Shown: positions 11,096 to 24,818, counted from the first letter of the stretch. The stretch is DNA of 64,000 bases from Octopus vulgaris (GCA_951406725.2 OX597823.1:47492001-47556000), one strand, 5' to 3'. The notes: generated by a model from the letters alone, not told the origin. Translations and numbers: made by a program.

Positions 11096-11576
11096 TGGTG
11101 GTGGTCATGATGATGATGATGGCAGTGATGATGATGATGATGATGATAATTGTTTCTTCATTAAGAATCTTCATAAATAACTTGGTTTTCAAAAGCTGAA
11201 TTTATTCATTTATTTATGATCGTTAATAATTTAACCTGCTTAAATAATAATTTAATAATAATAATAATTTAACCTGTTTATTAGGATTTTTAAAATTTGA
11301 TTGCTCAGCAGAATTCTTGAAATGGCGACAGACCTCATGTTAAAATTCAGCCAAACTAAAATGGAGTTGGTCTGTCAGAATAAAGATAGGAAGTTAGTAT
11401 CAAATGAAGTTGTTTACAAATTTTTTTTTTTGCTTACTGATTGCTCTATTTCAGATGTTGTTTTATGTACTCTTCACTGTTCTCAAGGCTGAAGCTCAGC
11501 AAAGCTTTGCCCTTATGAGGAGAAAAGACAGCAGTATAGCTTGTTTAGAACTAATGAAGTACTGCAAATTTTAGAA

Positions 11577-11958
11577 TACTCTCTCTTTTACTCTTTTACT
11601 TGTTTCAGTCATTTGACTGTTGCTATGCTGGAGAACTGCCTTTTAGTCGAGCAAATCGATCCCAGGACTTATTCTTTGTGAGCTTCGTACTTATTCTGTC
11701 GGTCTCTTTTGCCTAACTGCCATGTTACGGGGGACATAAACATACCAGCATCGGTTGTCAAGCGATGTTGGGGGACAAAGACAGACACACATACATATAT
11801 ACGACGGGCTTCTTTCAGTTTCCGTCTACCAAATCCACTCACAAGGCTTTGGTCGGCCTGAGGTTTATAGTAGAAGAACTTGCCCGAGTTGCCACGCAGT
11901 GGGACTGAACCCGGAACCATGTGGTTTGTAAGCAAGCTACTTACCACACAGCCTCTCC
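11577..11958 (-). mobile_element. SINE family A, near full length
   Basis: High similarity to 8061-8462. Confidence 0.92.
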
Positions 11959-14582
11959 CACACCTACTCTGATGAAGATCAATGTGAATTTGGTCAAACA
12001 GATCAAGGGGTTGGCTTGAAATCAGGGGAAATATTTCAAGTGGAAATTGATAATGGTGTGCCCCATTCAGCAGTCTGTGGTGGTGATACAGTATTGGGAT
12101 TAGAATGGCAAATTTCCAATTCCAGAAAATATTCTAAATATTTAGGTGTTTCTGTTTAGTAGTTTTCCAGTGAATTTCTTTTCTATTTGAGATGTGTGTG
12201 TGTGTGTTTATGTGTTCTTGATATGAAGCGGGGAGGCACAGGTGCAGGCATGAGTTATCTCCCCATACTCAGTTGATAGACTCAAATAACAAATCTAGTT
12301 TCAATTGTCACACTCTGCAAGTATTCTTATCATTTTTTCTTTTTAAGAATATCTCTTATTCCAGTATTTCAAATATCAGATATCTACTCAAAGATTCCTT
12401 GACAATCTATCTTTAACATATATTTCATGCTGCAGGATGCCTGTCTCATTTTATTCTAGCATCCTCTTATAATGTATCGTTTCTCTTTGTAGAACAGCCT
12501 TAAGGCCTTTCTCTGTGCAGTGCTTAGGTTTCCATGGTAACATTCACCTGATCCTTTCATTTTCTTTTGTTAATGATGCCCATTAAATATTAACCTTCTC
12601 TGGAGTGTTACCCACATCATCATCATCATCGTCCTGAACAACCTGTGCATTTGTGATTTGGTCTTTACTTAAGAACCTTTTGAGTATATTCTTACTTTGT
12701 TCAGTTAATGTGCAGAAATGTTTATTTGAATATGAATCGCAACAAAGAAATTTTAGTTTCAAAACACGATATTTCATCTCAACACTAAAGAAATTACAAA
12801 AAAAAAAAAAAAAAAAATTTAAATTAAAAATAAAATAAATCAATAATAAGCAAGATTGTTCATGTGCAAGCTAAAAGTCTGGATTCTAGTGTTCAATAAT
12901 ATTTGAAGTTACTTCAAAGTCTTTTACATCATACTAGTTTTCATAAGAATTGTAAAGTTGTTGTTTTATATTGTGGTTTTGATTTCTTCTCAAAAATTCT
13001 ATAAGTTACTGTCCATATCTTAGACTATTTACACATCTTCAGTCAGTGACTCTCTATTATTTCGTACACCTTCATATGCATACTGAAAATAATAACCTGA
13101 ACTATGTTTATTATCAATCATCGCATATTTTATTACATTGCTCTGGTTAAGATGTGGTGAACCTTTGTTATTATTTGCCCTCAGTGTGTTGATTTTGGTT
13201 TAAATTCTTCTTCAGTGTCATTTTAAGTTCTGTTACTTCACTCTGTAGATACATTATTGTTGCTTTATTATTATTATTCTTATCATTATTATTATTATTA
13301 TGTTTCAAATCAGAATTGGTTAACAAGTGATATAACATTTAACTATAAAAGAAATTAACTATTAAGCACACGGTATTGATATAATCAAGTACAGTTACTA
13401 TTTATTGTACAGTTGTAACTGAAAAGATGCTGTTAATTTATCTGACAGTGAAAAATAGACATTTACGTAATGGTGCTGGTGATGATGTTGATGGTAAAAT
13501 AAGGTGATGATAAGGAGAATAACAATGCAATGGACAAAATATCATTTTTGGTAAAAGACATGATCATTCAAAGAATGAATATGTTCAACAGCCTTACCAA
13601 GATGAACCAGAAAACAGCATCACTAGGGTTGCCCTACGCTAATTATTGTAATATAGTTCTTACTTATTGATTTTTATCACTTTCTGTATTATCAAACCCA
13701 AACAAACTAAGACATTGGACTGTGAGGTGTGAAGATCTAACATCTATAATTGGTTGGCTTATGTTTAACCTCAATATTATCTCATAGCCAATAGTTTTGA
13801 GTGTTTTGTCACATACACTAGACTTAATTAGAAGTTTCGCATTTTGATACTTCTTGAGTTTTTTTATCTGTCACAAAAGACTTTTGGTTTCTCAAGTGAC
13901 AAATATAACTACACATGACTTAATGTGAAGAGGATATGGTTATAGAGTTCAATGGCAATGCCAACGAAACCTTACCCCATACTTGCTGCCATCCATTTCT
14001 GAGATATACAGAAACACAACTTTTAGTAATTAATACAGCTGATCCATAATTGCTTGGAAGAGTACTACTGTATAACAAGCCACAGAGTTAACGATTCATA
14101 ATTCGTCTCAAGTAGTGTGACATGTCCCCACCTGATATTTCTAATTCATGGTTGTGTAGTCAGTTCAGCTAACAGGAGGTAACAGGGAGTATTGTGAAAC
14201 CAAATGCTTTTGTTAACTCACTACATTGATCACAAAGTCTTGCGAAAGAGGAGTCTCTAAAAAAAAACTTTGTACCTTTAAAGTATCGTGAGAGCCACTG
14301 TTGCCAGCCCTGCCCTGCTTCCATAGGTTGATTAATCCTTTCAAAAACACTTAGTACTTAATTACAATTTGTTTAACATTAAATAGATGTGAATGTATGT
14401 CTGTTCTTGGACAGGACGGTGGTCTAATTGAGGCAATGACAGCTGATGATAGTTGAAAATTTGCTAAGTTTTTACTAATGTATCTGTTGGTTGTATCTAA
14501 AAATAAATCCCAGTTTTTCCTACAAATGTTGTAACCCTAGTTATATATATATATATAAATATATAGTGTGTGTGCATGTGTG

Positions 14583-14636
<54 letters not shown>

Positions 14637-14638
14637 TG

Positions 14639-14679
<41 letters not shown>

Positions 14680-15395
14680 ATGTATACATATATACATACT
14701 CACACAAAGAAGTGTAATTAAACTCACATCCTTTTACTTTCTACTTTTGTCACAGAAAAATATACTAAATAACTATATACGTAACTTTATGCATACAAGT
14801 ATTATATGCAGTATTATATCCATGTATGTATTGTCTGGCATGCTCTCTTTCTTTCTCTATTTTTTTTTCTCTTTTTTTTTTCGTGTCTGTGAGTTGTGTC
14901 TGGTTCTCCCACAGTATATATAGTTTGTGTGTGCGTGTACGTGTCCTCCCCGCCCTGCCCCATCCTTTTGCTTTAATTTTCACACTGTAATCAGACAGAG
15001 CAATTTGCTTTAGATTCCCTTATTGACATGTTAGCTCTGCTGGGATGGCCTTGAGATATTCTGGCAAAGGCAGGTGACACACATTCCTTTTCACTTGCTA
15101 GTCAATCTGGCTTGACCTATTAACATTAATACTAGTTAAAAAAAATAGGTAATACTCTGAACTTGAGAGTAATTCAGTTACTCAGTAAACAGTGGAGCAG
15201 GTGAGAGCAAGTCCCTTTGACAAGCACCTTTTTATTCACTGATTATATTTAGTTTCTTTCTGAAGCAGATAGTTTTAATGTCTTTATAACTTCATAGTCT
15301 GTTATGTTTTATTGTCCAGTATTATGAAATTTATTCAAGCATTTGTTTCACAGGAGCTGTAGTTAAGTGAAATATTTATAGGTAGCTTTATATAC

Positions 15396-15427
<32 letters not shown>

Positions 15428-16454
15428 TTCTTTTTTTTATTTACTTACAATGTTAAGCTTTCTCATCGGGTTTTGTTTGCCAGCTTAATATAAGTAAAAA
15501 CTTAGAAGCATCGTTTTAGGGTTAAAAAACAGCACTTGGATTTGTTGCTATCTTTAAACAACACAAGACCTTCGACCACTTCCAAAATTAAAACTACATG
15601 TTTTGTCCTAAATTTTTAGGACCGGATATCCTACAAATAAAAGAGTTATTTACGTCTGGAACGCTAACCAAAGTGATAAATGCCCTTCCAAATTGACAAG
15701 CAAGACATCCTGTAAACATGACATAATTAAGTGTAGTTGACCTCTGGGTTACTTGTGTGTTTCCATTTGTCTAGCTCTATACAACTAGGTCTACTCAAGC
15801 AGAGATGCTCAAGGCTTACTTTACAGCAACATGTCATTTCAGTTACATGAAATAGTGATTAATTTCACAGAAACAATTCTCCTGCAAAGATTCTCTTGAA
15901 AGAAACAAGACATAACTAAGATAAATCAGAAAACCTTTGTATTCTGAATATTGTCCAGTTAGTGCTTGTCACTACACGCTTCTCATATTCATATATTGCA
16001 TGAAAATTTACTTATGGTCCAGATTTGTTGTTCAGCTGCAGGTCAGTTTCCGTGAAGCAGACCTCAGATGGGAAACCAAGACTTTCCAACATTTGTTTCC
16101 AGGAGTAGTGTATCTGATAATTAGCTTATTTGAAGTGTTCTCCCTAAGATTGTAGGTTGTGCTTTTAGGGTTAGCTAGGTTCTACTTTTAGCAGGCTGAA
16201 CAATTACATTTAGGCTCCTTCATTTGCTCATATGTCCATATTTAGAGTGTGTGTGTGTGTAGGTAGAGAGATATAGGTATAAGTATGGGCATGTGGTTAG
16301 GGAGTTCGCTTCAGGACTAAATGGTTGAGGGTTAGTCTTTCTGAAAGGACATTATAAGTTAATGTCCTCTACTACAGCTGTGGGTTGACCAATCCAATAC
16401 ATAGTAAGTCTGATTGATTGACAGAAACTTGCAAAAGTCTTCTTATATATATAT

Positions 16455-16832
16455 ATGCAGATGTGACTGTGTCATGAGAAACATTTTTCCCAACCACATG
16501 GTTTCAGGTTCAGTCTCACTGCATGTGGCACCTTCGGCAAGTGTCTTCTACAATAGCCTCAGGCCAACCAAAGCCTTGTGAGTAGATTTGGTAACCAGAA
16601 ACTGAAAGAAGCCTGCTGTATATGTGTGTCTGTGTTTGTGTCTTTATTTGTCCCTCACCTTCACTCATCAGCTGGTGTTTATGTCCCTCTAACTTAGCAG
16701 TTCAGTAAAAAGAGACCAATAGAATAAGTAACAGGTTTAAAATAAAAACAAGTACGGGGGTCGATTCATCAACTAAAATTCTTCAGCATAGTGTCTCAGC
16801 ATGGCTGCAGTTTAATGACTGAAACAAGTAAA
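16455..16832 (+). mobile_element. SINE family A (a decayed head copy precedes it at ~16285-16445)
   Basis: Family A head, body and tail motifs. Confidence 0.8.
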
Positions 16833-17460
16833 AATTATGTATATATATATATATCATCATCATCATCGTTTAGCTATATATATATATATGCATATACAGA
16901 ACTACAAATATTCCATAGAGTATTTAAAAATGTTGATATCACTGCTATAATTTGTGTGTTAGATTTCTGCTATCAGAAAAGGCTAGTTGAATATAAATAG
17001 TGAAGCTTTTACTTTCAACTGAATACCAACACAGGATGCTTGTTTGAATCAGTTCACTTTGAAAACATCATGAGTGATGGACCCTTGATAAAATTGCAGC
17101 AACTAGAATGCATAATTGCATAAGAAGCAATGTGCAGTCACTGCAGTTGAAACATATGTAGGTCAGACATGTATTCTGTAGAACACATTTGAATGAAGAA
17201 ATCTGGGGATGTGAATAAAATCTCCACTTGCCTATTCATTATCAATGTCATTAAATACTCTACAAAATATTTGCAGTTTTGAATAAGAACATGGAATTAG
17301 TCAAAGAGTGAGGTTTACTAGTACCAGTATCTCTTCTTGACCTTGAGTATTATATAATAGACCATTGTGGATAACCAGCATCTAAACCAATTCAAGAGGT
17401 AATAAGTATCTGCCAGGATAATTTATCTCTTTTATATTCTGCATATATATATATATACTC

Positions 17461-17622
17461 TATTTAAAAGCAGCAAAACTGTCCAACGAATGGGAATGTG
17501 AAACTCCGAGTAACAGCTTTTGTTATATTTCTGCTGCTTTTAAATAAAGCATATTACTCTACCTCTGGTATTTGAGTACTCTTTTTTCCACTTTGTTTCA
17601 CATTTATGTGCTTACTCCGGTG
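17461..17622 (+). mobile_element. PLE-like fold-back with degenerate hammerhead at its apex
   Basis: Arms tatttaaaagcagca / tgctgcttttaaata; CTGT-CCAACGA...GAAAC-TCCGA-GTA^ACAG. Confidence 0.55.
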
Positions 17623-17631
17623 TATATATAT

Positions 17632-18020
17632 GGGATGGAAGCACTCCGTCGGTTACAACAACGAGGGTTCCGGTTGATCCGAATCAACGGAACAGCCTGC
17701 TCGTGAAATTAACGTGTAAGTGGCTGAGCACTCCACAGACACGTGTACCCTTAACGTAGTTCTCGGAGATATTCAGCATGGCACAGAGAGTGACAAGGCC
17801 GGCCCTTTGAAATACAGGTACAACAGAAACAGGAAGTAAGAGTGAGAGAAAGTTGTGGTGAAAGAGTACAGCAGGGATCACCACCATCCCCTGCCGGAGC
17901 CTCGTGGAGCTTTTTAGGTGTTTTCGCTCAATAAACACTCACAACGCCCGGTCTGGGAATCGAAACCGCGATCCTATGACCGCGAGTCCGCTGCCCTAAC
18001 CACTGGGCCATTGCGCCTCC
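17632..18020 (-). mobile_element. SINE family D (tRNA-derived), full length
   Basis: Minus-strand head ggaggcgcaatggcccagtggttagggcagcggactcgcggtc...ggtttcgattccc with A/B boxes; CpG-rich. Confidence 0.9.
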
Positions 18021-18674
18021 ACTGTATATATATATATACATATAGGCCATCGTCTTCATCATAATTTAACATCTATTTTTCATGCTGGCATATATGTGAA
18101 TATTTGTGTTTGCCTGTGTATATGACTCCTTAATTTGACTTATGTGTTCACTGATTATAATCAAGAGCCTCACTTTTCATGCAGATGATCTCCTTTGCAA
18201 GTCCGCTACAAAAGTTATGTTTCAAGCTTCTTGTCATGCAAGGCCTGATTGTCAACAAGCTGCACTCTTCGTACAAACAGTGATGTTTGTTTGTTTTTTT
18301 TCCTGTGCGGAAGCATGTCCTGGCTGTTTGTTGTTTGATAAACTAAGAGACTGTATTGCCTTGCTTGAAAACAGTTGAAGTTTGGCGTCAGAAGGGCATC
18401 TAACCATAGAAAATTCTGCTCTTGTTTTGCTTGTTGCAAATGGATGTTAAAGCACAATAATGATGATAATGATGTGTGTCCTTGTGTGTGTATATGTGTG
18501 TATATATGTATACAAGTGGATGTTAAAATACATGTGTAGATATATACATATGCATACGCATATGTATGCTTATATGTGTATATATATATATATATACACA
18601 CACATAAGTATATATGTGCATTTGTGTGTGTGCATATGAGTGTATGTTTATGTGTGTATATGTATGTAAATATG

Positions 18675-18716
<42 letters not shown>

Positions 18717-19400
18717 TGAAATCCTGTCCTGTTGATATAAGCCACTCCTCCCAACCACTTTGCACACTTTGTATAGATGCAAATCTGGTAAATATAACAA
18801 AACCAGCGGCTGTACTTGACTTTACTAAACTTGCATAAACTTATTTATCTGCTCTACACTAGGTGGATAGGTAAATGATCATGTAGATGATATGATGATG
18901 ATTATCATTATTATCATCATTATTATTATTAGTTCATATAGGTAGATAACTTAAAGAAATATATATAAAGTAGCTTGATATGTAAGATAACAGCTTTTAA
19001 ATATCTGTTGAATTATATTTTGAAATTTATGAATGAATTAGCTGTTAAGAGCGCTTCAATATAAAATGATAGTAAGCTTTATAAGCACTCATTTCAGATA
19101 GAAAAGATCAAGAAGTTTGTGACCACACATAACCAATTACTGTACAGAGTGCCTGCTATTCCGTCTTCTCAAATTAGGTACTTGAATTTATTTTCTCTGC
19201 TATTTTCACCATGACTATTTACTCACCAGTCAGTTAGACCAGTCACTTAGTATAACAAAGATAGGTTATACCGCATTATGAACAATATATATTATAGGCT
19301 TATACTCAACCTATTATGGTATACTACGTTTTATTTAGGATATTTTGCAACATGAAATAACTCTATAGCTGAAATTTAAGTAGCACACATATTTCTTTAA

Positions 19401-19635
19401 CCTTTTCGTTAACCACATTTCTGATGAAATACTACACTGCCGTATTTTCAACGAATTTTTAAAATGATAAAGAATAAGTAAGATAAGTTTGTAAAATAAA
19501 CTGGTGTTGGGAACAAAAATTGATATGAAATTTTGGTGGAAGGCTTAATTTTAAATCATTTTAAAATCTGATTTTTTTTTTTTTTTTTTGTTAGAAGCAA
19601 TGGGTCGGCTCTTAGGTCAGTTTGTATCAAAAGGG
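19401..19635 (-). mobile_element. piggyBac-type MITE family G2, reverse copy
   Basis: TTAA-CCTTTTC...AAAAGGG; internal similarity to the reverse complement of 9808-10027. Confidence 0.65.
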
Positions 19636-19894
19636 TTTTTATGAATCACTACCATAAAACTAATGAAAGAATTTTAATGAAGGTAATTAATAAAATGTAA
19701 ATTACACCAACCTTTAAATTAAACTAGAGTCCTTTTATATGGTCACTTGATCTGCGAGAAATATTAACCAAATCTTCCTCCAATCACACACTATCATCTT
19801 AAAGATAACAGAATAGTTTTTTTCTCTTTCTTTTTTTTTTTTTGTACTGTATCCCTGAGTGTTCAGTGAAACAAGATCCGAGGTTAAATACTGG

Positions 19895-20105
19895 TTTCAA
19901 ATTTTGGCACAAGACCAATAATTTTAGGGAAGCGGCCTATGTCAATTACATCAGCCCCATTACTCAAGGGTACTCATTTTATCATCCTTGAAAGGACGAA
20001 AGACAAAAGCAACCTTGGTGGAATTTGAACTCAGAATGTAAAAGATGGGTGAAATCCCACTAAGTATTTTTCCAAGCATGCTAACAATTCTCCCAGCTCG
20101 CCAGC
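19895..20105 (-). mobile_element. SINE family B2
   Basis: tttcaaattttggcacaag tail; gaatttgaactcagaa; ccagctcgcc head. Confidence 0.75.
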
Positions 20106-20234
20106 TTATCTGGGGTTAAATATAAATAACTAGATTTAGTTGTATATTAGAAAGAATCCAAACAAGGACCAAGAAAAATAAACTAATACCAAATATAAGA
20201 GAGACTATTCATATATAGGTCACACTATGGCAGC

Positions 20235-20430
20235 CAGCTGGCAGAATCGCTATTGAGCCGGAAAAAAATGCTTAACAGCATCTTGGTCATCTTTACATTC
20301 TGAGTTCAAGTTCTGCTGAGGTTAACTTTGCCTTTCATCCTTTCAGGGTCGATAAAGTAAGTACCAGTTGAATACTGGAGTGGTACCCAATTAACTGAAA
20401 TCACTAGTCTTGTGACAAAATTTGAAGTCA
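20235..20430 (+). mobile_element. SINE family B2, head-to-head with the previous copy
   Basis: agctggcagaatcg...ctttgcctttcatcctttcagggtcgataaa. Confidence 0.75.
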
Positions 20431-21019
20431 ATGTCATAAGTGACATGATTAGATAGAAACATTCTCTACACTAAATTGAATTGCCAAAACCAATGAAAGA
20501 ATTTTAATGAGAGTAATTCATAAAATGTAAGTCACATCAACCCGTAAATTAAAACGAAGTGTCCTTTTACGTGATCACTTGATCAGCAAAAAATATTAAC
20601 CAAATCTTCTTCCAATCAGACACCATCGTATCATCTTAAGCATAACAGAATACAGTGTTGACCATTCTGACCAGTGGTCATGCACATGGTTCAGTTAACC
20701 AACGCAGTGTATGATTGGATTTGGCTAGAGAATAGCTGTTTCGGTATGGAATATATCCTACATTCAAATAAAGTAGAGACTCATGGTCATATGTTTAAAT
20801 TTAAAGTTAAGTCTTGATTTGTGTAGATGTGTTATGATTTCTATGTGGGAGAACAAATAGATATGGGAATCTCAGAGAAGCGTTGAGCAAAAAGTCAGTT
20901 TTAGATTTTTTTTACTGTTGTGTGCTTGCATGTGTGTGTGTGTGTGTGTGTGTGTGTCTTTCTGTGCGTATCTGTGTGTGCATGTGTTTGTTTGCCTGTA
21001 TGCGTGTGTGTGTGTATGT

Positions 21020-21400
21020 AAGCACAGGTATGGATAAGAAGTTTTCTTTGCAGCCACATGCTTTCAAGTTCAGTCCCGCTACATGGTACATTGAGCAAGT
21101 GACTTCTGTAGCCCTAGGCTGACCAATACACCTTGTGAGTGAATTTGGTAGATGGAAACTAAATGGAAGCCTGTGCATATGTGAGAGGGAGAGAGAGTGT
21201 ACAATTTTTCTGTTTAAACTTTTGTTCCCTTCCTTGACAACAACCAATCTTGGTTCATTTATGTCCCTGCAGCTTAGTGGTCCGGCCAAAAGTGACTATA
21301 GAATAGGTATTTTGCAGGAGAATGGGATCATTTTGTTCCCCTAAACTTGAGATATGCTCCAGTATGGCCACAGTTTAAATGACTGGAGAAGCAAAAAGAA
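21020..21400 (+). mobile_element. SINE family A, degenerate
   Basis: gttcagtccc; ccttgtgagtgaatttggtagatggaaact; ccagtatggccacag. Confidence 0.7.
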
Positions 21401-22034
21401 TAAAGGGATGATCACAACCTCATGCACACTATTTGTGATAATGTAAATACTTCTTGAGAAATATTTAGCTTTACTCATTCATTTTAAATAATGTTTGATA
21501 TTTATAGAAAAACTATCCAAGAACTGAATAATTTAATCTAAGTAACTAAGAGTCTGTGGTGCATACACCTCTGAAGTTGCCAATAGATCTATATTTAGAT
21601 CATGCTAGACTTGCGGTCTCCAATGCTCAACTTTTTTAAACAGTATTTAACTATCTATTAATTAAGCCAGCTCAATCAAGAGATATTTTGCATTACACTG
21701 CTACATGTATCCCCCCCTCTTCACTTCACTGCTTCATGTTGTCCTCCCACTGCTACTTCATCGTAAACTCTCTCTCTCTCTCTTTCTCTCTCCTTCTCTC
21801 TCCCTCTCCATCTCAGTTTCTACCAATGCTACTATCAAAGAGCTACCTTTTTTCTGAAATAGGCTTGATGAACATTTTTGATCTTTGCTTATTTATTTTG
21901 ATGTCTTTATGTTGAAGTTTGAAATATTTGTCTTTGATTCTGTGCAGTATAAAAATTGCACAGTTCTTCTCAGGTTATTGAAATAGTTGTTATTTGCGTA
22001 AGGCTTTTTTATTTTTACACTGTCACTCAAAATC

Positions 22035-22460
22035 ATTTCTACTCTAAGCACAAGGCCCAAAATGTTTGGGGGGTGGTCAGGTGATTGGATCAACCCCAGT
22101 ATGCAACTGGTATTTAATTTATTGACCCCAAAAGGATAAAAGGCAAAGTTGACCTCAGCAGAATTTGAACTCAGAACGTAAAGACAGATGAAATACTGCT
22201 AAGCATTTCACCTGGCGTGCTAACATTTCTTATTTCTTTATTGCCCACAGGGGGCTAAACATAGAGGTGACAATCAAGGACAGACAAAAGGATTAAGTCG
22301 ATTACATCGAACCCCAATGCGTAAACTGGTACTTAATTTATCGACCCCAAGAGGATGAAAGGCAAAGTCGATCTCAGAATTTGAACTCGGAACGTAAAGA
22401 CAGACGAAATACTGCTAAGCATTTCACCTGTCGTGCTAACGTTTCTGCCACCTCACCACC
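22035..22460 (-). mobile_element. SINE B2 (22035-22230) joined to SINE B1 (22231-22460)
   Basis: Two consecutive B cores with different tails and only one head. Confidence 0.85.
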
Positions 22461-22636
22461 TTCCCGTCAGTCAAAATCATGCCAAATATTTTGCTGTGGT
22501 TTTTTTTAGAATGCATACAGAAAACATCGTCTTTGCATACTCTGGAAGTCATTGGTTCAAGAACCATTCAAGCTTCAAACAAAACTGTTTCCATTTCACA
22601 TTCCACTTGTGCTGGTTACATCAGAATTATCACTGC

Positions 22637-22892
22637 CTTGCGGATGCTCTTGGGAGAGGGAAAGGCTATGGGCGTAAACCCAGACAGAAAATCCGGAGTG
22701 GAGCCCCGAAGGCGGTAGGGTGTCGAATCTCGACCCCTTTCCGGCAACTCCTGCAGCCAACCAGATTCCAAACGTACTGCACTGCATTCCTTTGGATTAT
22801 GTCTGGGGGGCCGAGAGGGAGATTCTGGTGTCTGGGCAGCCCAGTGTCTTCGTTTCTACCGCCCAGGCTTGTGCCATGGAGAAACTACTCCA
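22637..22892 (+). mobile_element. GC-rich RTE-related non-autonomous element fragment, distant homologue of the SINE E tail domain
   Basis: Shares motifs with 28128-28265 (ttccYttRgat, gagagg, tggtRtc, gcccaggYtt); CpG-rich island in an AT-rich context. Confidence 0.5.
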
Positions 22893-24818
22893 TCTCTCTT
22901 CTTCTTAATCAAAATTTTAATGAAACCAGAAACATGTGGAAGTTTCTGCTGTTAAACCTCATTGCCATCAAATAATCAGTCCTTCCATTTAACATTTTCG
23001 CATATTATATCTACTGATGTCACAAATTACAAATTATTTAACTGTATGGAAGATGAAAAAACTTCACCCTTCATTAGCATTTATTTATTTGGGATTCCAT
23101 TGATGTGTATTCCAGATTTCTAGATTTACTCTGCAGAAACACCAAACTTAATAAATTTAGGTATTTGCAGACCCATTCAACTTATGTTTAACATTTATAA
23201 ATGAAATGTACACTACTGAAGATGAAAAGATTCCACAGGGATATGACAAATATTTCTGGAATTTATGCATTCTGCTAGAAATATCACATAGTTTTATAAT
23301 ACTTCTACATGCACACGCACACATCTGCACATTCCTACTTTACTTTGGCAGTGTATAGCATTGTTTCAGCTGTTTTCCTGTAGGTTTTTGAACAATTAAA
23401 CAACTTAGCTGTCTTATTTCTTCCTGTTATACTTTAGTCTCATTTTTATATTTTAACTTTCCTAAGTTATTTGCTATTTTAACATTTTTTTCTTTTTTAT
23501 TGGTCAATTTCATAATTTTTACATAATAGATATAGACCCTAGATTTTTTCTTGAGATCAGTTATTCTCTTTGCTTTCCACCATTTTTTAAAAACTTTTCT
23601 TTGCTGTAATTACACTTGCTATTCTAGTGAAGCATGTTTTTCATTAAATGAGGGTCTACAAGATAAAACTCAGCGTTATTCCGACTGGACTCAAACACTT
23701 AATGTGGTAAATTTCTTGAGTTTAATTCATTATACTATTTCACTACTTAACCATCACAAAAATAAAGTTAAGAACCTTAAACTATGGAACAAAATATTAA
23801 ACCATTCTTTTGATTTTCTTTTTTCTTTATGGTACCCTTTTAGGATAGACATTTATACTCTATTTTTTGTCCTCTTCTTGAAATATTTTGTCCTTTTAAA
23901 TTCTTAGAATGTCGTCTAAGAATTCTCTTTAATTTTCATATCCGGTGTGTTTACTCTTTTATCTTCTTTTATTGAAAATGCTATGAAATTCTTGCCTAAA
24001 CTCTGTGGACTTCTTTCTTTTAATGATTCCAATCTTTACGAGAAGCCAAATTTGTTATATCAAAATACTTAATCTGTTTAGATAATGACTGAAGATCTGA
24101 AGGCTGTATTTTTAAAAGTTTTATTTGATTTTCTTCTATCAACTTGTTACTTACTTTGTGGATATTATATCATTGAATCAACACAAGTAATTTGATGACA
24201 TGAAGTGAAAGTCTTCAAAAGAGCGACAACATGAAGATAATTGCTCAATCTTCCAACAGCAGTAGGAAATAAAACTTACCAATAGGTACTCTTAAAAAAT
24301 GTAACTGGACTTCACTTGTTGAAATCAGTAAATTAAATGGCTCTCCTCTGATTTAGTTATACTATCTATACACGTGCTGTTTCATGATGTCAGTTCTTGG
24401 AAGGAATCAATTAGAATTATTTCAGTTGCCATAGTAATGTGATTTAGTGCAGACAGTTCTAAGGTGACTGAAGCTACAACTGTTTTTGATCCTTTCAACA
24501 TTTGGATTTAAGCTGATCATTTCAGAAGTCCATCTGTTATGCCATTAGTGTGTTCAGTACATAAACACCTATGTTTAAGTTTATATTTCATCACCTATGA
24601 AAGCACCGGATCTTTCTCGTGTTCCTTCCTTCTTGAGAGGAAGTTACTGAATAATTGAATAGAATACAAAACTAGTTTATTTCTTGTTTTTGTTAAAGAA
24701 CAGTTTGGAACAGCCATCTTACCAATGTTGTTTAGATCTTCCTTCTGATCACAATGTAGAAAAAGGAGATTATGGGGTAACTCAGAAAAAAAACATACAT
24801 TCCATATAACAACTTTAA

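Noticed and set aside
11319-11331. gaaatggcgacag repeated at ~29177 (YY1/Pho-like AAATGGCG)
   Set aside because: A single 13-mer match is not significant without chromatin data
14443-14465. CTGATGA...GAAA hammerhead-like words
   Set aside because: No stem II or stem I can form
17950-18020. tRNA-like heads of SINE D, E and A as genuine tRNA genes
   Set aside because: No complete acceptor stem, and they continue into repeated SINE bodies
19098-19177. Possible internal exon IEKIKKFVTTHNQLLYRVPAIPSSQI (tcatttcag| ... |gtactt)
   Set aside because: Weak donor and no recognisable homology; such matches are expected by chance in 64 kb
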